Source of the DNA: Patescibacteria group bacterium
GTDB lineage: Bacteria; Patescibacteriota; Minisyncoccia; Phycocordibacterales; CAIZLB01
DNA: 64,000 bases
Assembly: GCA_040384445.1 (NCBI GenBank)
Contig: JAZKJG010000001.1
Span: 249,483-313,482, forward strand
Direction: 5' to 3'
Part shown: piece after piece, positions 27,915-38,824 of the stretch
Layout of the letters: each line of letters starts with the position of its first letter
Numbering within the stretch: position 1 is the first letter of the stretch
Program-made: the position numbers and the translations under genes
Notes under the pieces: generated by a model
Told to the model about the DNA's origin: nothing
The model's input: the letters and a program-made list of their open reading frames with translations, nothing else
Databases searched by the model: none

Positions 27915-28040
27915 TTTTGGGAGAGGTGGAAATCTTTATCTTTTCTTTAACAAAACTTTTAAAAATATTTACATTGATAAAGTTATATTTATTTTGTGTT
28001 AAAATAATTAACATAAATTATTCATTATAAAAATCTATCC

Positions 28041-28778
28041 ATGCGAATATTACTTATCGAGGATGATGTCGATTTAGCAAAAAGTTTAGTAGAATGTCTT
28101 AAAACTGAACATATGATAGTAGACACTTGTGCAGAAGGTGATACTGGATCTTACGTAGCCAGAACCAATACCTATGACTTAATTCTTTTGGATCAAATTC
28201 TTCCTAAAAAATTAGGTACTGAAGTTTGTCAGGAACTCAGAAGATCTTATATTAAAACACCCATCCTAATAATGAGTGTGCGAAGTAATACAGAGGAGCG
28301 AATTTCATATCTCGAATCTGGTGCAGATGATTGTATTGCAAAACCGTTCTCAGTTGCTGAGTTAGTAATGAAGATAAAAGCATTAGTAAGAAGACCTTAC
28401 GATATCAAAGAGAGCGTAATTACAATAGATGACTTAACAATTGATGCAGGAACTCTAACAGTATCAAAAAATGGTAAAGGTTTATATTTTACCAGAAAAG
28501 AATTTTTAATTCTTGAACAAATTGCCAAAAAACCCGGACAAGTAGTAAGTCGTATGGATATTATGGACCATGTTTGGAATAAAGATTTTGATCCATTCTC
28601 AAACACGATAGAAACACATATTAGAAATATCCGTAAGAAAATTGGAGATAAAAGAAATACAAAAATAGAAACAGTTCCCGGGCGAGGATACAGGGTTTCA
28701 ACAAAAGAAACAGGTACTCTACGAGATCAAAGAATTCGAACCAATAAAAAGATTAACAAACCTACCCCCACTTCTTAA
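28041..28778 (+). CDS. OmpR/PhoB-family response regulator (orphan)
   Basis: 245 aa; receiver domain with EDD, phospho-acceptor LLDQILP, S/T and K residues; C-terminal winged helix (GRGYRV). Confidence 0.85.
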   Translation: MRILLIEDDVDLAKSLVECLKTEHMIVDTCAEGDTGSYVARTNTYDLILLDQILPKKLGTEVCQELRRSYIKTPILIMSVRSNTEERISYLESGADDCIAKPFSVAELVMKIKALVRRPYDIKESVITIDDLTIDAGTLTVSKNGKGLYFTRKEFLILEQIAKKPGQVVSRMDIMDHVWNKDFDPFSNTIETHIRNIRKKIGDKRNTKIETVPGRGYRVSTKETGTLRDQRIRTNKKINKPTPTS

Positions 28779-29472
28779 CCTGCAACCCCTTATACGCAGC
28801 CTGAGTCTCCGCTTCCTGCTTTGACTTCCCATCCCCGCTCGCGATGTGAATATCCCCCAAGAACACTCCGACTGTAAACAACTTATCATGATCTGGACCA
28901 AACTCTTTCATGAGCTCATATCGTGGAGTAACTCCAGCGTGTTCCTGTGACATTTCTTGAAACAAACTCTTTGGATCAATAAACTTCTTCTTCTCAATCA
29001 CTTCATGAATCAACGTATGCACATGCGCATCAATAAACTTTGCTGCAGCGTCATATCCAAGATCAAGATAAATAGCACCAATCAACGCTTCAATAGTGTT
29101 TGCCAAAATATATTGTCGTGCACGACCTGTATCTTTTGCTTCTCCTTTTGAAAGAAGTAGGTATGTGTTTAACCCAAGTTCTTCTGCAACAACCGCCAGT
29201 GTCTGTGCATTTACAAGTGCAGAGCGAAAGGCCGTCATTTCACCTTCAGGTTTTTTCGGATATGTTTTGTATAAAAAATTAGTTACAACCAATTCCAAAA
29301 CAGCATCTCCCAAAAACTCTAGTCGTTCGTTATGTTCTAGACCTGAATTTCTGTGTTCATTTAAATATGAACGGTGCGTAAATGCCTGAGCGAGTAAATG
29401 AATGTTTCCGAATTGTATTCCTAACTTTTTTGAGAGCTCTTCAAATTTTTCAATTTTTATCATATGTTTCAA
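28762..29472 (-). CDS. rnc: Ribonuclease III
   Basis: 236 aa; signature ERLEFLGDAVLELVV; C-terminal dsRBD. Confidence 0.9.
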   Translation of the reverse strand: MKHMIKIEKFEELSKKLGIQFGNIHLLAQAFTHRSYLNEHRNSGLEHNERLEFLGDAVLELVVTNFLYKTYPKKPEGEMTAFRSALVNAQTLAVVAEELGLNTYLLLSKGEAKDTGRARQYILANTIEALIGAIYLDLGYDAAAKFIDAHVHTLIHEVIEKKKFIDPKSLFQEMSQEHAGVTPRYELMKEFGPDHDKLFTVGVFLGDIHIASGDGKSKQEAETQAAYKGLQVKKWG

Positions 29473-29476
29473 TGTT

Positions 29477-30385
29477 TTATAGTGTTTCGATCGCAGCCAA
29501 TGCTTTCTTGATCACAGGTATCATATCTTCGTACAAATTCAGATCAAGCACTGCATCAATTTTAAACCAAGCTGCATCTTTTAATCCTCCTTCTTTTTTT
29601 GCTGTTAATGGAGTAAACTTTGCTTCGGCAATAATATACTCTACTTGCTTACGAACTTTCTTAAACTCAGGATGCGATGCAATGTATTCACTCGTATCGA
29701 TAGTTTGTTTATATTCACAAGCAATTCCCAACTCTTCCTGTACTTTTCTTTTGGCCGCATCAATAAGAGTTTCATCTTCTAGAAACTTTCCTTTTGACAA
29801 TGTCCAGAATCCAAACACATCGTGCACAAGAGCAAGATATGTATCACCCTCATGTCGGGCATATACAATACTTCCCACAAGTTTCTGGACTGGTAGTGCC
29901 GCTTTTTCTTCTTCAGTCAGTTCTTTTCGAACTTTTGGTTCTTTCTTAGTTTTTGGTTCTTCAGCACCATATAGATCTCTATACACTGCCCCAAGAACTC
30001 CGTTTACAAATTTTCCAGATGTTTCTCCTGAGAAAAACTTAGCGACTTCAATTGCTTCGTTGATTGCTACTTTTGCCGGAACTTCTTTTTTATCAGCATA
30101 AATAAGCTCATAGAGTCCGAGTCGTAGAACATTTCTATCAACTGTTCCAATCTTTTCAAGAGGCCATTCTGGTGCTGCCTTTACTATAATTGCATCAATT
30201 TCTTTTTGCTTTTTCAAAATACCATCAAGAAGCGCCTTCGCATATGTAAGATCAACATCATCTTGTGAAAACTCCTGAACATTATGTACAAGAACTTCCT
30301 CAAATAAGTTAGGGTCAATACCACGAAAATCTATCTCATACAGAGATTGTAGTGCTATTGTTCGGGATTGATGTCGACTTGCCAT
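29477..30385 (-). CDS. nusB: NusB antitermination factor fused to a C-terminal NUDIX hydrolase domain
   Basis: 302 aa; residues 1-140 are NusB (RTIALQSLYEIDF, VAINEAIEVAKFF, KFVNGVLGAV); residues ~165-302 carry a Nudix box GKFLEDETLIDAAKRKVQEELGI (Gx5Ex7R[K]VxEExGI). Confidence 0.7.
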   Translation of the reverse strand: MASRHQSRTIALQSLYEIDFRGIDPNLFEEVLVHNVQEFSQDDVDLTYAKALLDGILKKQKEIDAIIVKAAPEWPLEKIGTVDRNVLRLGLYELIYADKKEVPAKVAINEAIEVAKFFSGETSGKFVNGVLGAVYRDLYGAEEPKTKKEPKVRKELTEEEKAALPVQKLVGSIVYARHEGDTYLALVHDVFGFWTLSKGKFLEDETLIDAAKRKVQEELGIACEYKQTIDTSEYIASHPEFKKVRKQVEYIIAEAKFTPLTAKKEGGLKDAAWFKIDAVLDLNLYEDMIPVIKKALAAIETL

Positions 30386-30432
30386 GGTTTTTTGTTTGTT
30401 TAAATGAACTTTGACCGATGCTGCGTATAATA

Positions 30433-30651
30433 TTACGCTTTAACTGCTTGAGATTTTGCAGCTTTTTTATCGATTTTAGCAGCCATATCAATAACCATAC
30501 GTCCTTTAAAGTGACCGCAATTCTTGCATACTGTATGTTTTAGACCTGGTTGACCACAGTTTGTACAAAGTGTTAAATCTACCGCCTTAAGAGCATGGTG
30601 ACTTCTTCGGTTACCAGTATGCCCTCGCGTGTGTCGCATGTTATTTACCAT
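30433..30651 (-). CDS. rpmF: 50S ribosomal protein L32
   Basis: 72 aa; N-terminal basic RHTRGHTGNRRSHHALK and CxxC...CxxC zinc ribbon typical of L32. Confidence 0.75.
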   Translation of the reverse strand: MVNNMRHTRGHTGNRRSHHALKAVDLTLCTNCGQPGLKHTVCKNCGHFKGRMVIDMAAKIDKKAAKSQAVKA

Positions 30652-30807
30652 AATACTATGAGTATACGTATTTTCAGGCGGATTGCAAGGGATTATAGTG
30701 TGATTATTGGGGATTTTGTGGATTATTGTGTTTTAAGGGTATTTATGGTATAATAATGGCTATGGTCTTACGTTAGACTAAACCCTCTACCCCATCCTGA
30801 CCTTTAT

Positions 30808-31185
30808 ATGCAACTAGCACCCTGGATCAAATTCGTCATTCTCTTACTGTTTGTCGGAGTACTTGGTTACAACCGAATCGTTTACCGACAACTTGCAGAA
30901 AACGAGAAACCTCATCCTACCCCAACAATCAAGCTCGATATTATTCCACTCAGTAAACTCCCTCCGGGACAATACAGAGTACTCGAGAAAATTTCGAGAG
31001 TGCCAACCAAGAAATACTCCAAGATGGACTGGCTGACCATCAAAGTACAGGACATCACTGAATCTTTTCCACACACTACACACGTGGTGCAAATGATGCA
31101 GCTCGGCAATGAAGATGATGCACACCTCGTAAACTCAACGTTCATCAAAAACGTCGATGGATCAACATTCCAAGCAATGAAGTAA
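30808..31185 (+). CDS. Membrane-anchored hypothetical protein (125 aa)
   Basis: N-terminal TM; TGgTATAAT extended -10 about 65 nt upstream; terminator follows at 31198-31240. Confidence 0.4.
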   Translation: MQLAPWIKFVILLLFVGVLGYNRIVYRQLAENEKPHPTPTIKLDIIPLSKLPPGQYRVLEKISRVPTKKYSKMDWLTIKVQDITESFPHTTHVVQMMQLGNEDDAHLVNSTFIKNVDGSTFQAMK

Positions 31186-31281
31186 GCCACTCAAACCTCC
31201 CCTCGGACCCACAAAGTCTGAGGGGATTTTTTAATATAAAAACACTCGAGGTAACCGAAGTTACCTCGAGTGGTGTGGGTG

Positions 31282-31881
31282 TTAAGGGGTATTGATTAAG
31301 AAAGAATGGACAGCTTCATATTGAGCTTTCTTCAACAGTTCTGATTGTTCAATCTCAATTTTCTTTTTCTTTGCTTGTTCGACTGCTTTTTTAATATTCT
31401 CAACACAATCCTGTAAACCAAATTCGGCACTCCGAATATCAAAAATAAAATCAATCATCTCTTTTTTTCGAGGCACATCATCCTCGATAGTAATAGTATC
31501 GATCTTCAGTTCATATCCTCCAGGAATACAACGAATCCAGATTTGCTTCCCCTTAATGATCCCAGAGTGTGTTAAGGACTCTTTATCATAACTGAGTGAC
31601 ATCACCTCTTGAATTTCCCTCGGGTTCGCACCAAGGTCCTGGAGAATCTGTCTGTTCATCTTTATTGCCAAGTCCGTTTCCTTTTCAATTACCTGGGCTA
31701 CCTCAACTTCATCCAGTAGATCCATAATCGCCTGACCTCCGTAGGTTCTAAAAGCAGGTACAGGCTTTTCCTTCTTCTTAAACAGTTTTCTAAAAAATTT
31801 CATAAAGTGCAATGGTTGAATTAACCTCAAAGCAACGTGCTTCACTGAGAGAATACTATACCCCACTACATTTGACAACAC
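31282..31881 (-). CDS. Hypothetical protein (199 aa; possible alternative start at 31803)
   Basis: No motif recognised; a 13-bp perfect-stem terminator (cactcgaggtaac-cgaa-gttacctcgagtg) lies downstream. Confidence 0.4.
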   Translation of the reverse strand: MLSNVVGYSILSVKHVALRLIQPLHFMKFFRKLFKKKEKPVPAFRTYGGQAIMDLLDEVEVAQVIEKETDLAIKMNRQILQDLGANPREIQEVMSLSYDKESLTHSGIIKGKQIWIRCIPGGYELKIDTITIEDDVPRKKEMIDFIFDIRSAEFGLQDCVENIKKAVEQAKKKKIEIEQSELLKKAQYEAVHSFLINTP

Positions 31882-31947
31882 TTACTTTGGGTGTATAAAT
31901 AACTCACGACACAACGTAGTGTTAAAATTCCAACTCTCATTACCGCC

Positions 31948-32262
31948 ATGAACATTCAACTTTTCTTTAAGGAACATCCGGTTTATTTCACGATTATTCT
32001 CTGCCATTTTTTAGTGGGGATGTTTAGCTACTGGAGCAAACTTCTCAAGCATGAATATAGTGGATTAAAAAAATTCATTGCAAAGAAACATGCAGTTCAT
32101 GCTATCACTTTTGAAATCATGCTTGAACTCGTAGGGGTTTCGCTTTTAGCTGGAATCGCTGGGTTTTTAACTGTGCCGTATTTAATCATTGAACATTACC
32201 GCGCAACACTTCCACAACCCCAAGCTTCAAGTCTCCAAAAACCTGAGCTCACAACACCCTAA
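31948..32262 (+). CDS. Small membrane protein (104 aa), hypothetical
   Basis: Two TM helices; terminator cacctcccgg-acccaat-ccgggaggtg + tttt follows. Confidence 0.4.
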   Translation: MNIQLFFKEHPVYFTIILCHFLVGMFSYWSKLLKHEYSGLKKFIAKKHAVHAITFEIMLELVGVSLLAGIAGFLTVPYLIIEHYRATLPQPQASSLQKPELTTP

Positions 32263-32358
32263 CCACCACCTCCCGGACCCCAATCCGGGAGGTGTTTTCA
32301 TAACATATCACCGTACTTTACAACTATTCACAATCTCTACATATCGTATAATACTCCT

Positions 32359-35300
32359 ATGTCTTTTACTCATCTCCATGTACATAGTCATTACAGCCTT
32401 CTTCAAGCTGTACCTAAAATTGATGAGCTTGTAAAGAAAACAAAAGAGTTTGGTATGACTTCCCTTGCGCTTACAGACAACGGTAATCTGTACGGTGCAA
32501 TTGAATTTTATAAAGAATGTACAGCAAAAGGAATTAAACCTATTATTGGTGTAGATTTTTATGTTGCAGCTCGAACACGTTTTGATAAAGAGGGGCGACT
32601 CGATACAAAAAGAACACGACATGTGTTGCTGGCAAAAAACTATGAAGGATATCTCAATCTTATAAAGCTTGTTACTGATTCAAATCTTGAAGGATATTAT
32701 TATAAACCTAGAATTGATGCAGAATTGATTGAAAAATATCATACTGATCTTATTTGTATATTACCTTTTTGGTCAAGTGCAGTTTCTGAAGCATTAAAAG
32801 TTGATGACGAAACTGTTGCACATCAAGAGTATGAGAAGTTAAAAAAGATCTACGGTGACGATAATATTTTTTATGAAATCACTCGTCACGAAGAATTGCA
32901 TGGTCACGATAAGTTAGAGGAGCGTGTTCTTGCATTTATAAAAAAATATAATGTAAAACCGGTTGCAACAAACGATGTCTTCTACATGAATCCGGAAGAT
33001 AAGAAAGCGAGGACAACTATGATGATGATTCAAAGTAGCGGTGAGCGCGTGATCGAAGATGATGCTGACCTCTCTTTTGCATCACCAGACCGGATGGAAG
33101 AATTATTTGCAGATGAACATAATCCAGAAAGAAATGCAGTATTTAAAGAGGCACTTAAGAATGCTGAAGTGATTTCTGATGCATGTAATGTGGAAATCGA
33201 ACTTGGAAAATGGGTGTTTCCTAAAATGGATTTACCAGAAGGAAAAGATGCAAACGAAGCACTTCGAGATGTCGTATATGAAGGATTTGCAAAACGTGGA
33301 GTAGAAAAAACAGAAGCAGTTCTTAAACGTGTTGAGTACGAACTAGAAGTTATTAAAAATAAAGGATACTCCCCTTACTTCCTCATCGTGTCTGACCTAC
33401 TTGCATATGCAAAAGCTCATGAGATTCTTTCAAACATTCGAGGATCTGTTTCTGGATCTATGGTGACATTCTTGTCTGGTATTACAAACATTGACCCACT
33501 CGAGTTTCAGATTCCTTTTGAACGATTCCTAAACCCAGAACGTCCATCTGCTCCGGACATCGACATGGACTACGCTGATGATAGACGAGATGAGATTATT
33601 GATTATGCTCGTTTTAAATATGGAGCTGACAAGGTGGCGCAGATTGGAACATTCGGAACTATGGCAGCAAAGGGTTCTATTAAAGATGTAACGCGAGCTA
33701 TGGGATTTCCATATACTCTCGGTGATCAGATTTCAAAACTTGTTCCGCTTGGATCACAAGGTTTTTTAATGACGATCGAACATGCGCTTGAAATCACAGA
33801 AGAATTAAAAACATTGTACGATACAAATCCAGATGTCCGAACAATTATAGACATGGCGAAGAAAGTTGAAGGGTGTGCGAGACATATCGGAGTGCATGCG
33901 GCCGGTGTGGTTATTTCCCCTACCGCCTTAACCGACTTTACCCCACTCCAGTATGATACAAAAGGTGAACAGAAAATTATTAGTCAGTATGACATGTACT
34001 CTATTGAAGAAGCAGGGCTTTTAAAGTTTGACTTCTTGGGACTCAAAAACTTAAAAATTATTTACGAGGCAAAAAAACTTGTACGGAATCGTTTCGGAAT
34101 TGACATTGATATTGACAACTTACGAATGGACGACAAAAAAACATTTGAAATGCTTGCGAGGGGTGAGACACAAGATTTATTTCAGTTGAACGGTGACGGA
34201 ATGACAAAATATTTGGTTGACCTTAAGCCAACAACCATTCACGATATCAATGCGATGGTGGCTTTGTATCGACCTGGACCTATTCAGTTTATTCCCATGT
34301 ATATTGAACGAAAGCATAATCCAACTCTTGTAACATACATGGACCCGATGCTTGAAGATATTCTTGAAAAAACATATGGAGTTCTTGTGTACCAAGATGA
34401 CCTTCTGATGATGGCACATAAGATTGCTGGATATTCTTGGGGAGAAGTAGATAAATTCCGAAAAGCTGTAGGTAAAAAAATCCCAGAAGAAATGGCCGCC
34501 CAAAAAGATAAGTTCATCAAAGGATGTGTTACTCATAGTAAGTGGACAGAAAAAAAGGCGTCAGATGTATGGAAATGGATTGAACCGTTTGCTGCGTACG
34601 GATTTAACAAAGCTCACTCAGTGTCATATGGACGAGTGGCATACGTAACGGCATTTCTAAAAGCAAACTATCCAACAGAATACATGACAGCGGTTTTGAC
34701 TGCAGAGTCTGGAGACCTAGAAGGAGTAGCTGTATCCATTAAAGAGTGTAGACGAATGGGTATTACTATTTTACCTTCAAGTATTAATGAAAGTTTTGGA
34801 ACATTTACCGTAATTCCCGAATACAATACAGAAACAGGAAAAGATGCGATTCGGTTTGGACTCTTCAGTATTAAAAACCTTGGTGAAGGTATTGCACAAA
34901 GTATTATTGAAAACAGAACTACACATGGAGATTTTACGAGTATTGAAAATTTCTTAGAAAGAATTCAAGATAGAAACTTAAACAGAAAATCTCTTGAAGC
35001 ATTAATCAAAGCTGGAGCCATGGATGATCTTGGTGATCGAATTGAATTGCTTGATGGACTTGAAAAATATTTGGAGTACAACAAATCAAATGCAAAAATG
35101 GATAGTTCTCAAACAAGTTTGTTTGATTTATTTGCCGCACCTGTTGAAGAAGTTGAAGTTATTAAAGGAAAGATTTTACAGAGACCTGAGACATTACAAC
35201 AACGACTTGTGTGGGAGAAAGAACTTCTTGGATTTTACATTTCTGGTCACCCACTTGATAAGTATAAATCTGTGTTTGAAAAACGAGATATTGATGTGCT

Positions 35301-35580
35301 TAAAGTTATAGCCACTGGAGTGAACGAAAAAATGTACATCCTTGGAGGAATTGTTGAAAAAGTAAAAGAAATTCCAACAAAGAAAGATCCGATGAAAAAG
35401 ATTATGTTTTTCACACTGAAGGATTTATCTGGAGAGATTGAGTGTGTGGTGTTTCCGAAGCAAATTGACCTTGCACGAAAAGTGATTATAGAAGAGTCGT
35501 GTATTGTGTTTAAAGGAAAGTTTTCAGAGCATGAGGATAAGAAGAGTTTGGTGTTTGAGAGCGCACAGAAGTTAAACTAA
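32359..35580 (+). CDS. dnaE: DNA polymerase III alpha subunit
   Basis: 1073 aa; N-terminal PHP domain (HLHVHSHYSLL), polymerase core, C-terminal OB domain. Confidence 0.9.
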   Translation: MSFTHLHVHSHYSLLQAVPKIDELVKKTKEFGMTSLALTDNGNLYGAIEFYKECTAKGIKPIIGVDFYVAARTRFDKEGRLDTKRTRHVLLAKNYEGYLNLIKLVTDSNLEGYYYKPRIDAELIEKYHTDLICILPFWSSAVSEALKVDDETVAHQEYEKLKKIYGDDNIFYEITRHEELHGHDKLEERVLAFIKKYNVKPVATNDVFYMNPEDKKARTTMMMIQSSGERVIEDDADLSFASPDRMEELFADEHNPERNAVFKEALKNAEVISDACNVEIELGKWVFPKMDLPEGKDANEALRDVVYEGFAKRGVEKTEAVLKRVEYELEVIKNKGYSPYFLIVSDLLAYAKAHEILSNIRGSVSGSMVTFLSGITNIDPLEFQIPFERFLNPERPSAPDIDMDYADDRRDEIIDYARFKYGADKVAQIGTFGTMAAKGSIKDVTRAMGFPYTLGDQISKLVPLGSQGFLMTIEHALEITEELKTLYDTNPDVRTIIDMAKKVEGCARHIGVHAAGVVISPTALTDFTPLQYDTKGEQKIISQYDMYSIEEAGLLKFDFLGLKNLKIIYEAKKLVRNRFGIDIDIDNLRMDDKKTFEMLARGETQDLFQLNGDGMTKYLVDLKPTTIHDINAMVALYRPGPIQFIPMYIERKHNPTLVTYMDPMLEDILEKTYGVLVYQDDLLMMAHKIAGYSWGEVDKFRKAVGKKIPEEMAAQKDKFIKGCVTHSKWTEKKASDVWKWIEPFAAYGFNKAHSVSYGRVAYVTAFLKANYPTEYMTAVLTAESGDLEGVAVSIKECRRMGITILPSSINESFGTFTVIPEYNTETGKDAIRFGLFSIKNLGEGIAQSIIENRTTHGDFTSIENFLERIQDRNLNRKSLEALIKAGAMDDLGDRIELLDGLEKYLEYNKSNAKMDSSQTSLFDLFAAPVEEVEVIKGKILQRPETLQQRLVWEKELLGFYISGHPLDKYKSVFEKRDIDVLKVIATGVNEKMYILGGIVEKVKEIPTKKDPMKKIMFFTLKDLSGEIECVVFPKQIDLARKVIIEESCIVFKGKFSEHEDKKSLVFESAQKLN

Positions 35581-35584
35581 AAAG

Positions 35585-35628
35585 AAAAAACCCTATACTC
35601 GCCGACTGGTATAGGGTTTTTTCTTTTT
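35585..35628 (+). terminator. Intrinsic terminator after dnaE
   Basis: A-run, ccctatac-tcgccgactg-gtataggg, then tttttt. Confidence 0.6.
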
Positions 35629-35743
35629 AGTTTTCATGATAGAGTATCAAAGCCTCCCCACCTTTTAAATCGAGAGATCACCTTGAACGAGTTCCCTAAC
35701 TATAAGGGTAAGTGTTCCAGGAAGTGTGTGGAGGTTTATTATT

Positions 35744-35830
35744 TGCTATAATACTGTACGTACGAGGGTAGCTTTGGTAGGCTGCTACTCTACAGGTGGT
35801 CCTGCACGCGTATGCGTGGGGACCACTTTT

Positions 35831-35832
<2 letters not shown>
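35744..35832 (+). ncRNA. Candidate ~75-nt small RNA: extended -10 promoter (TGcTATAAT) then two hairpins and a T-run
   Basis: TGcTATAAT at 35744-35752; hairpin guagc...gcuac; terminal nested hairpin gtggtcc-[cacgcgtatgcgtg]-ggaccac followed by tttttt at 35827-35832; no downstream plus-strand gene; lacks a tRNA T-loop. Confidence 0.3.
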
Positions 35833-37400
<1,568 letters not shown>

Positions 37401-37468
37401 TTATCATGCATGGACGATCTTTTTTGTCTTCAAACCAACTCAACCACCTTTCACCCTAATTTTAAATT

Positions 37469-37636
37469 ATGAGCAACGAGGTCATATCAAGACTAACAGG
37501 AGATACTGACTGCATCGACCCTGGAGACATGGAGAATTCACTTCTTCCATGTCAACGTCGTCCAGCACCACATAGAACTCTGGAATTCGAACTTCAAGAA
37601 GCAGCCAAAGGAACAGAGATTGTTCTCATCTCCTAA
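37469..37636 (+). CDS. Possible small ORF (55 aa), low confidence
   Basis: MSNEVISRLTGDTDCIDPGDMENSLLPCQRR...; ends 9 nt before copy 1 of the 42-nt hairpin repeat; below the ORF-track length cutoff. Confidence 0.2.
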   Translation: MSNEVISRLTGDTDCIDPGDMENSLLPCQRRPAPHRTLEFELQEAAKGTEIVLIS

Positions 37637-37644
37637 TCCTGACC

Positions 37645-37686
37645 AACTCAAAAGACCCGCAGCTCATCGCTCCGGGTCTTTCTTTA
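37645..37686. repeat. 42-nt hairpin/terminator repeat, copy 1 (aactcaaaagacccgcagctcatcgctccgggtctttcttta)
   Basis: Identical 42-mer at 38329-38370; stem agacccg/cgggtct. Confidence 0.65.
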
Positions 37687-37742
37687 TATATGCAAAATCC
37701 TCACTGCCCATATTTTGACGCAGTGAGGATATTTTTTCCACT

Positions 37743-38297
37743 TCAGATATCAGACACAAGAAACACCATTGAATTTTGTTTCAACTCTTCTTCTGGTGAA
37801 AATGGTTTTACTTGCAAAAATCCAGTAAAGAGTCCATCCCACTCCAAAGTAAAGTTTTCATCTTGAATTTTTCCAAAAGTAAAAATATGATTCAATAAAA
37901 TTTCCCTAGTTTCTTCAGGATATGCAACCAGGAGCCGAACAAATTCCAAAGGTGTTCCGAGTCTTATAGTTGGTAAATCGTTTTTAATACTCACATCAGA
38001 TATGTGCCCTATAGGCTCCCAAGTGTGTACTGTCGCCGTGTGGGCCTGAAAAGACGTGGGTGAATCTGGCTCATTTCGGACTGCATTTATAAACCGTTCT
38101 TCATAACAATCCAGAAGACATACACTACCACTGTGATAAAGACTTACCCTACTCGGTATAACAAAAAGCGTTTTTAAAGCTTCTTGGGTGAATGACGAAT
38201 TGAAACCAGCAACCTGAGGCGGAACAATAAGAGGGCTTGAAATAACATCTGTAAAGATCATAATATAAGGAAGGTGAATTGTTGTAACTCTACACAA
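37743..38297 (-). CDS. Hypothetical protein (184 aa) flanked by the identical 42-nt repeats
   Basis: No motif recognised; alternative start at 38262. Confidence 0.35.
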   Translation of the reverse strand: MCRVTTIHLPYIMIFTDVISSPLIVPPQVAGFNSSFTQEALKTLFVIPSRVSLYHSGSVCLLDCYEERFINAVRNEPDSPTSFQAHTATVHTWEPIGHISDVSIKNDLPTIRLGTPLEFVRLLVAYPEETREILLNHIFTFGKIQDENFTLEWDGLFTGFLQVKPFSPEEELKQNSMVFLVSDI

Positions 38298-38328
38298 GAG
38301 AGTATCACCACTTATAATATTAAGTCAA

Positions 38329-38370
38329 TAACTCAAAAGACCCGCAGCTCATCGCTCCGGGTCTTTCTTT
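38329..38370. repeat. 42-nt hairpin/terminator repeat, copy 2; likely terminator of rplI
   Basis: Identical to 37645-37686; lies 13 nt downstream of the rplI stop on the minus strand. Confidence 0.65.
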
Positions 38371-38382
38371 ATTCTGTATTTC

Positions 38383-38808
38383 TTACTTCGCTACAACCGT
38401 AATCTTAATCTCCTTCGTCACATCCTTTACAGTAACTGAAACTGTATGCTCTCCAACTTCTTTAATAGGAGTTGAGATTGTTATATACATTGGATCTACT
38501 CCAATAACTGTACCAACTTCTTCTTTGTGCACTGATGCAAAAAGATGCCCTTGTTCGTTAGCCTTAGCTTCGATAGTAAATTCTTTTTGAGCAATTGATC
38601 CAAGCTCTTTTACAAGCTCTTCTTCTCGTAGAAGTCGTGCAGCAGACTCTACTTCTTTTAGTTTTGTATATTTCTCAACTGTCTTTGCAGTAGCAATCTC
38701 AGCTACTCGTGTTGGAATAAGACTGTTAAGTGCATATCCGTCGGCAACAGTAACAACCTCATATTTTTTTCCCACTTTGTGCAGGTCTTTAAGAAGAATG
38801 ATTTTCAT
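38383..38808 (-). CDS. rplI: 50S ribosomal protein L9
   Basis: Start taken at internal ATG (MKIILLKDLHKVGKKYEVVTVADGYALNSLIP...), which aligns to the L9 N-domain; the ORF track extends 25 codons upstream. Confidence 0.8.
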   Translation of the reverse strand: MKIILLKDLHKVGKKYEVVTVADGYALNSLIPTRVAEIATAKTVEKYTKLKEVESAARLLREEELVKELGSIAQKEFTIEAKANEQGHLFASVHKEEVGTVIGVDPMYITISTPIKEVGEHTVSVTVKDVTKEIKITVVAK

Positions 38809-38824
38809 AGATGTCCAGTATACA

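Noticed and set aside
30652-30807. GGATTAT(T/A)G short tandem-like repeats upstream of rpmF
   Set aside because: Low-complexity, imperfect, within a divergent promoter region that also holds a TGgTATAAT element; no evidence of function beyond promoter context.
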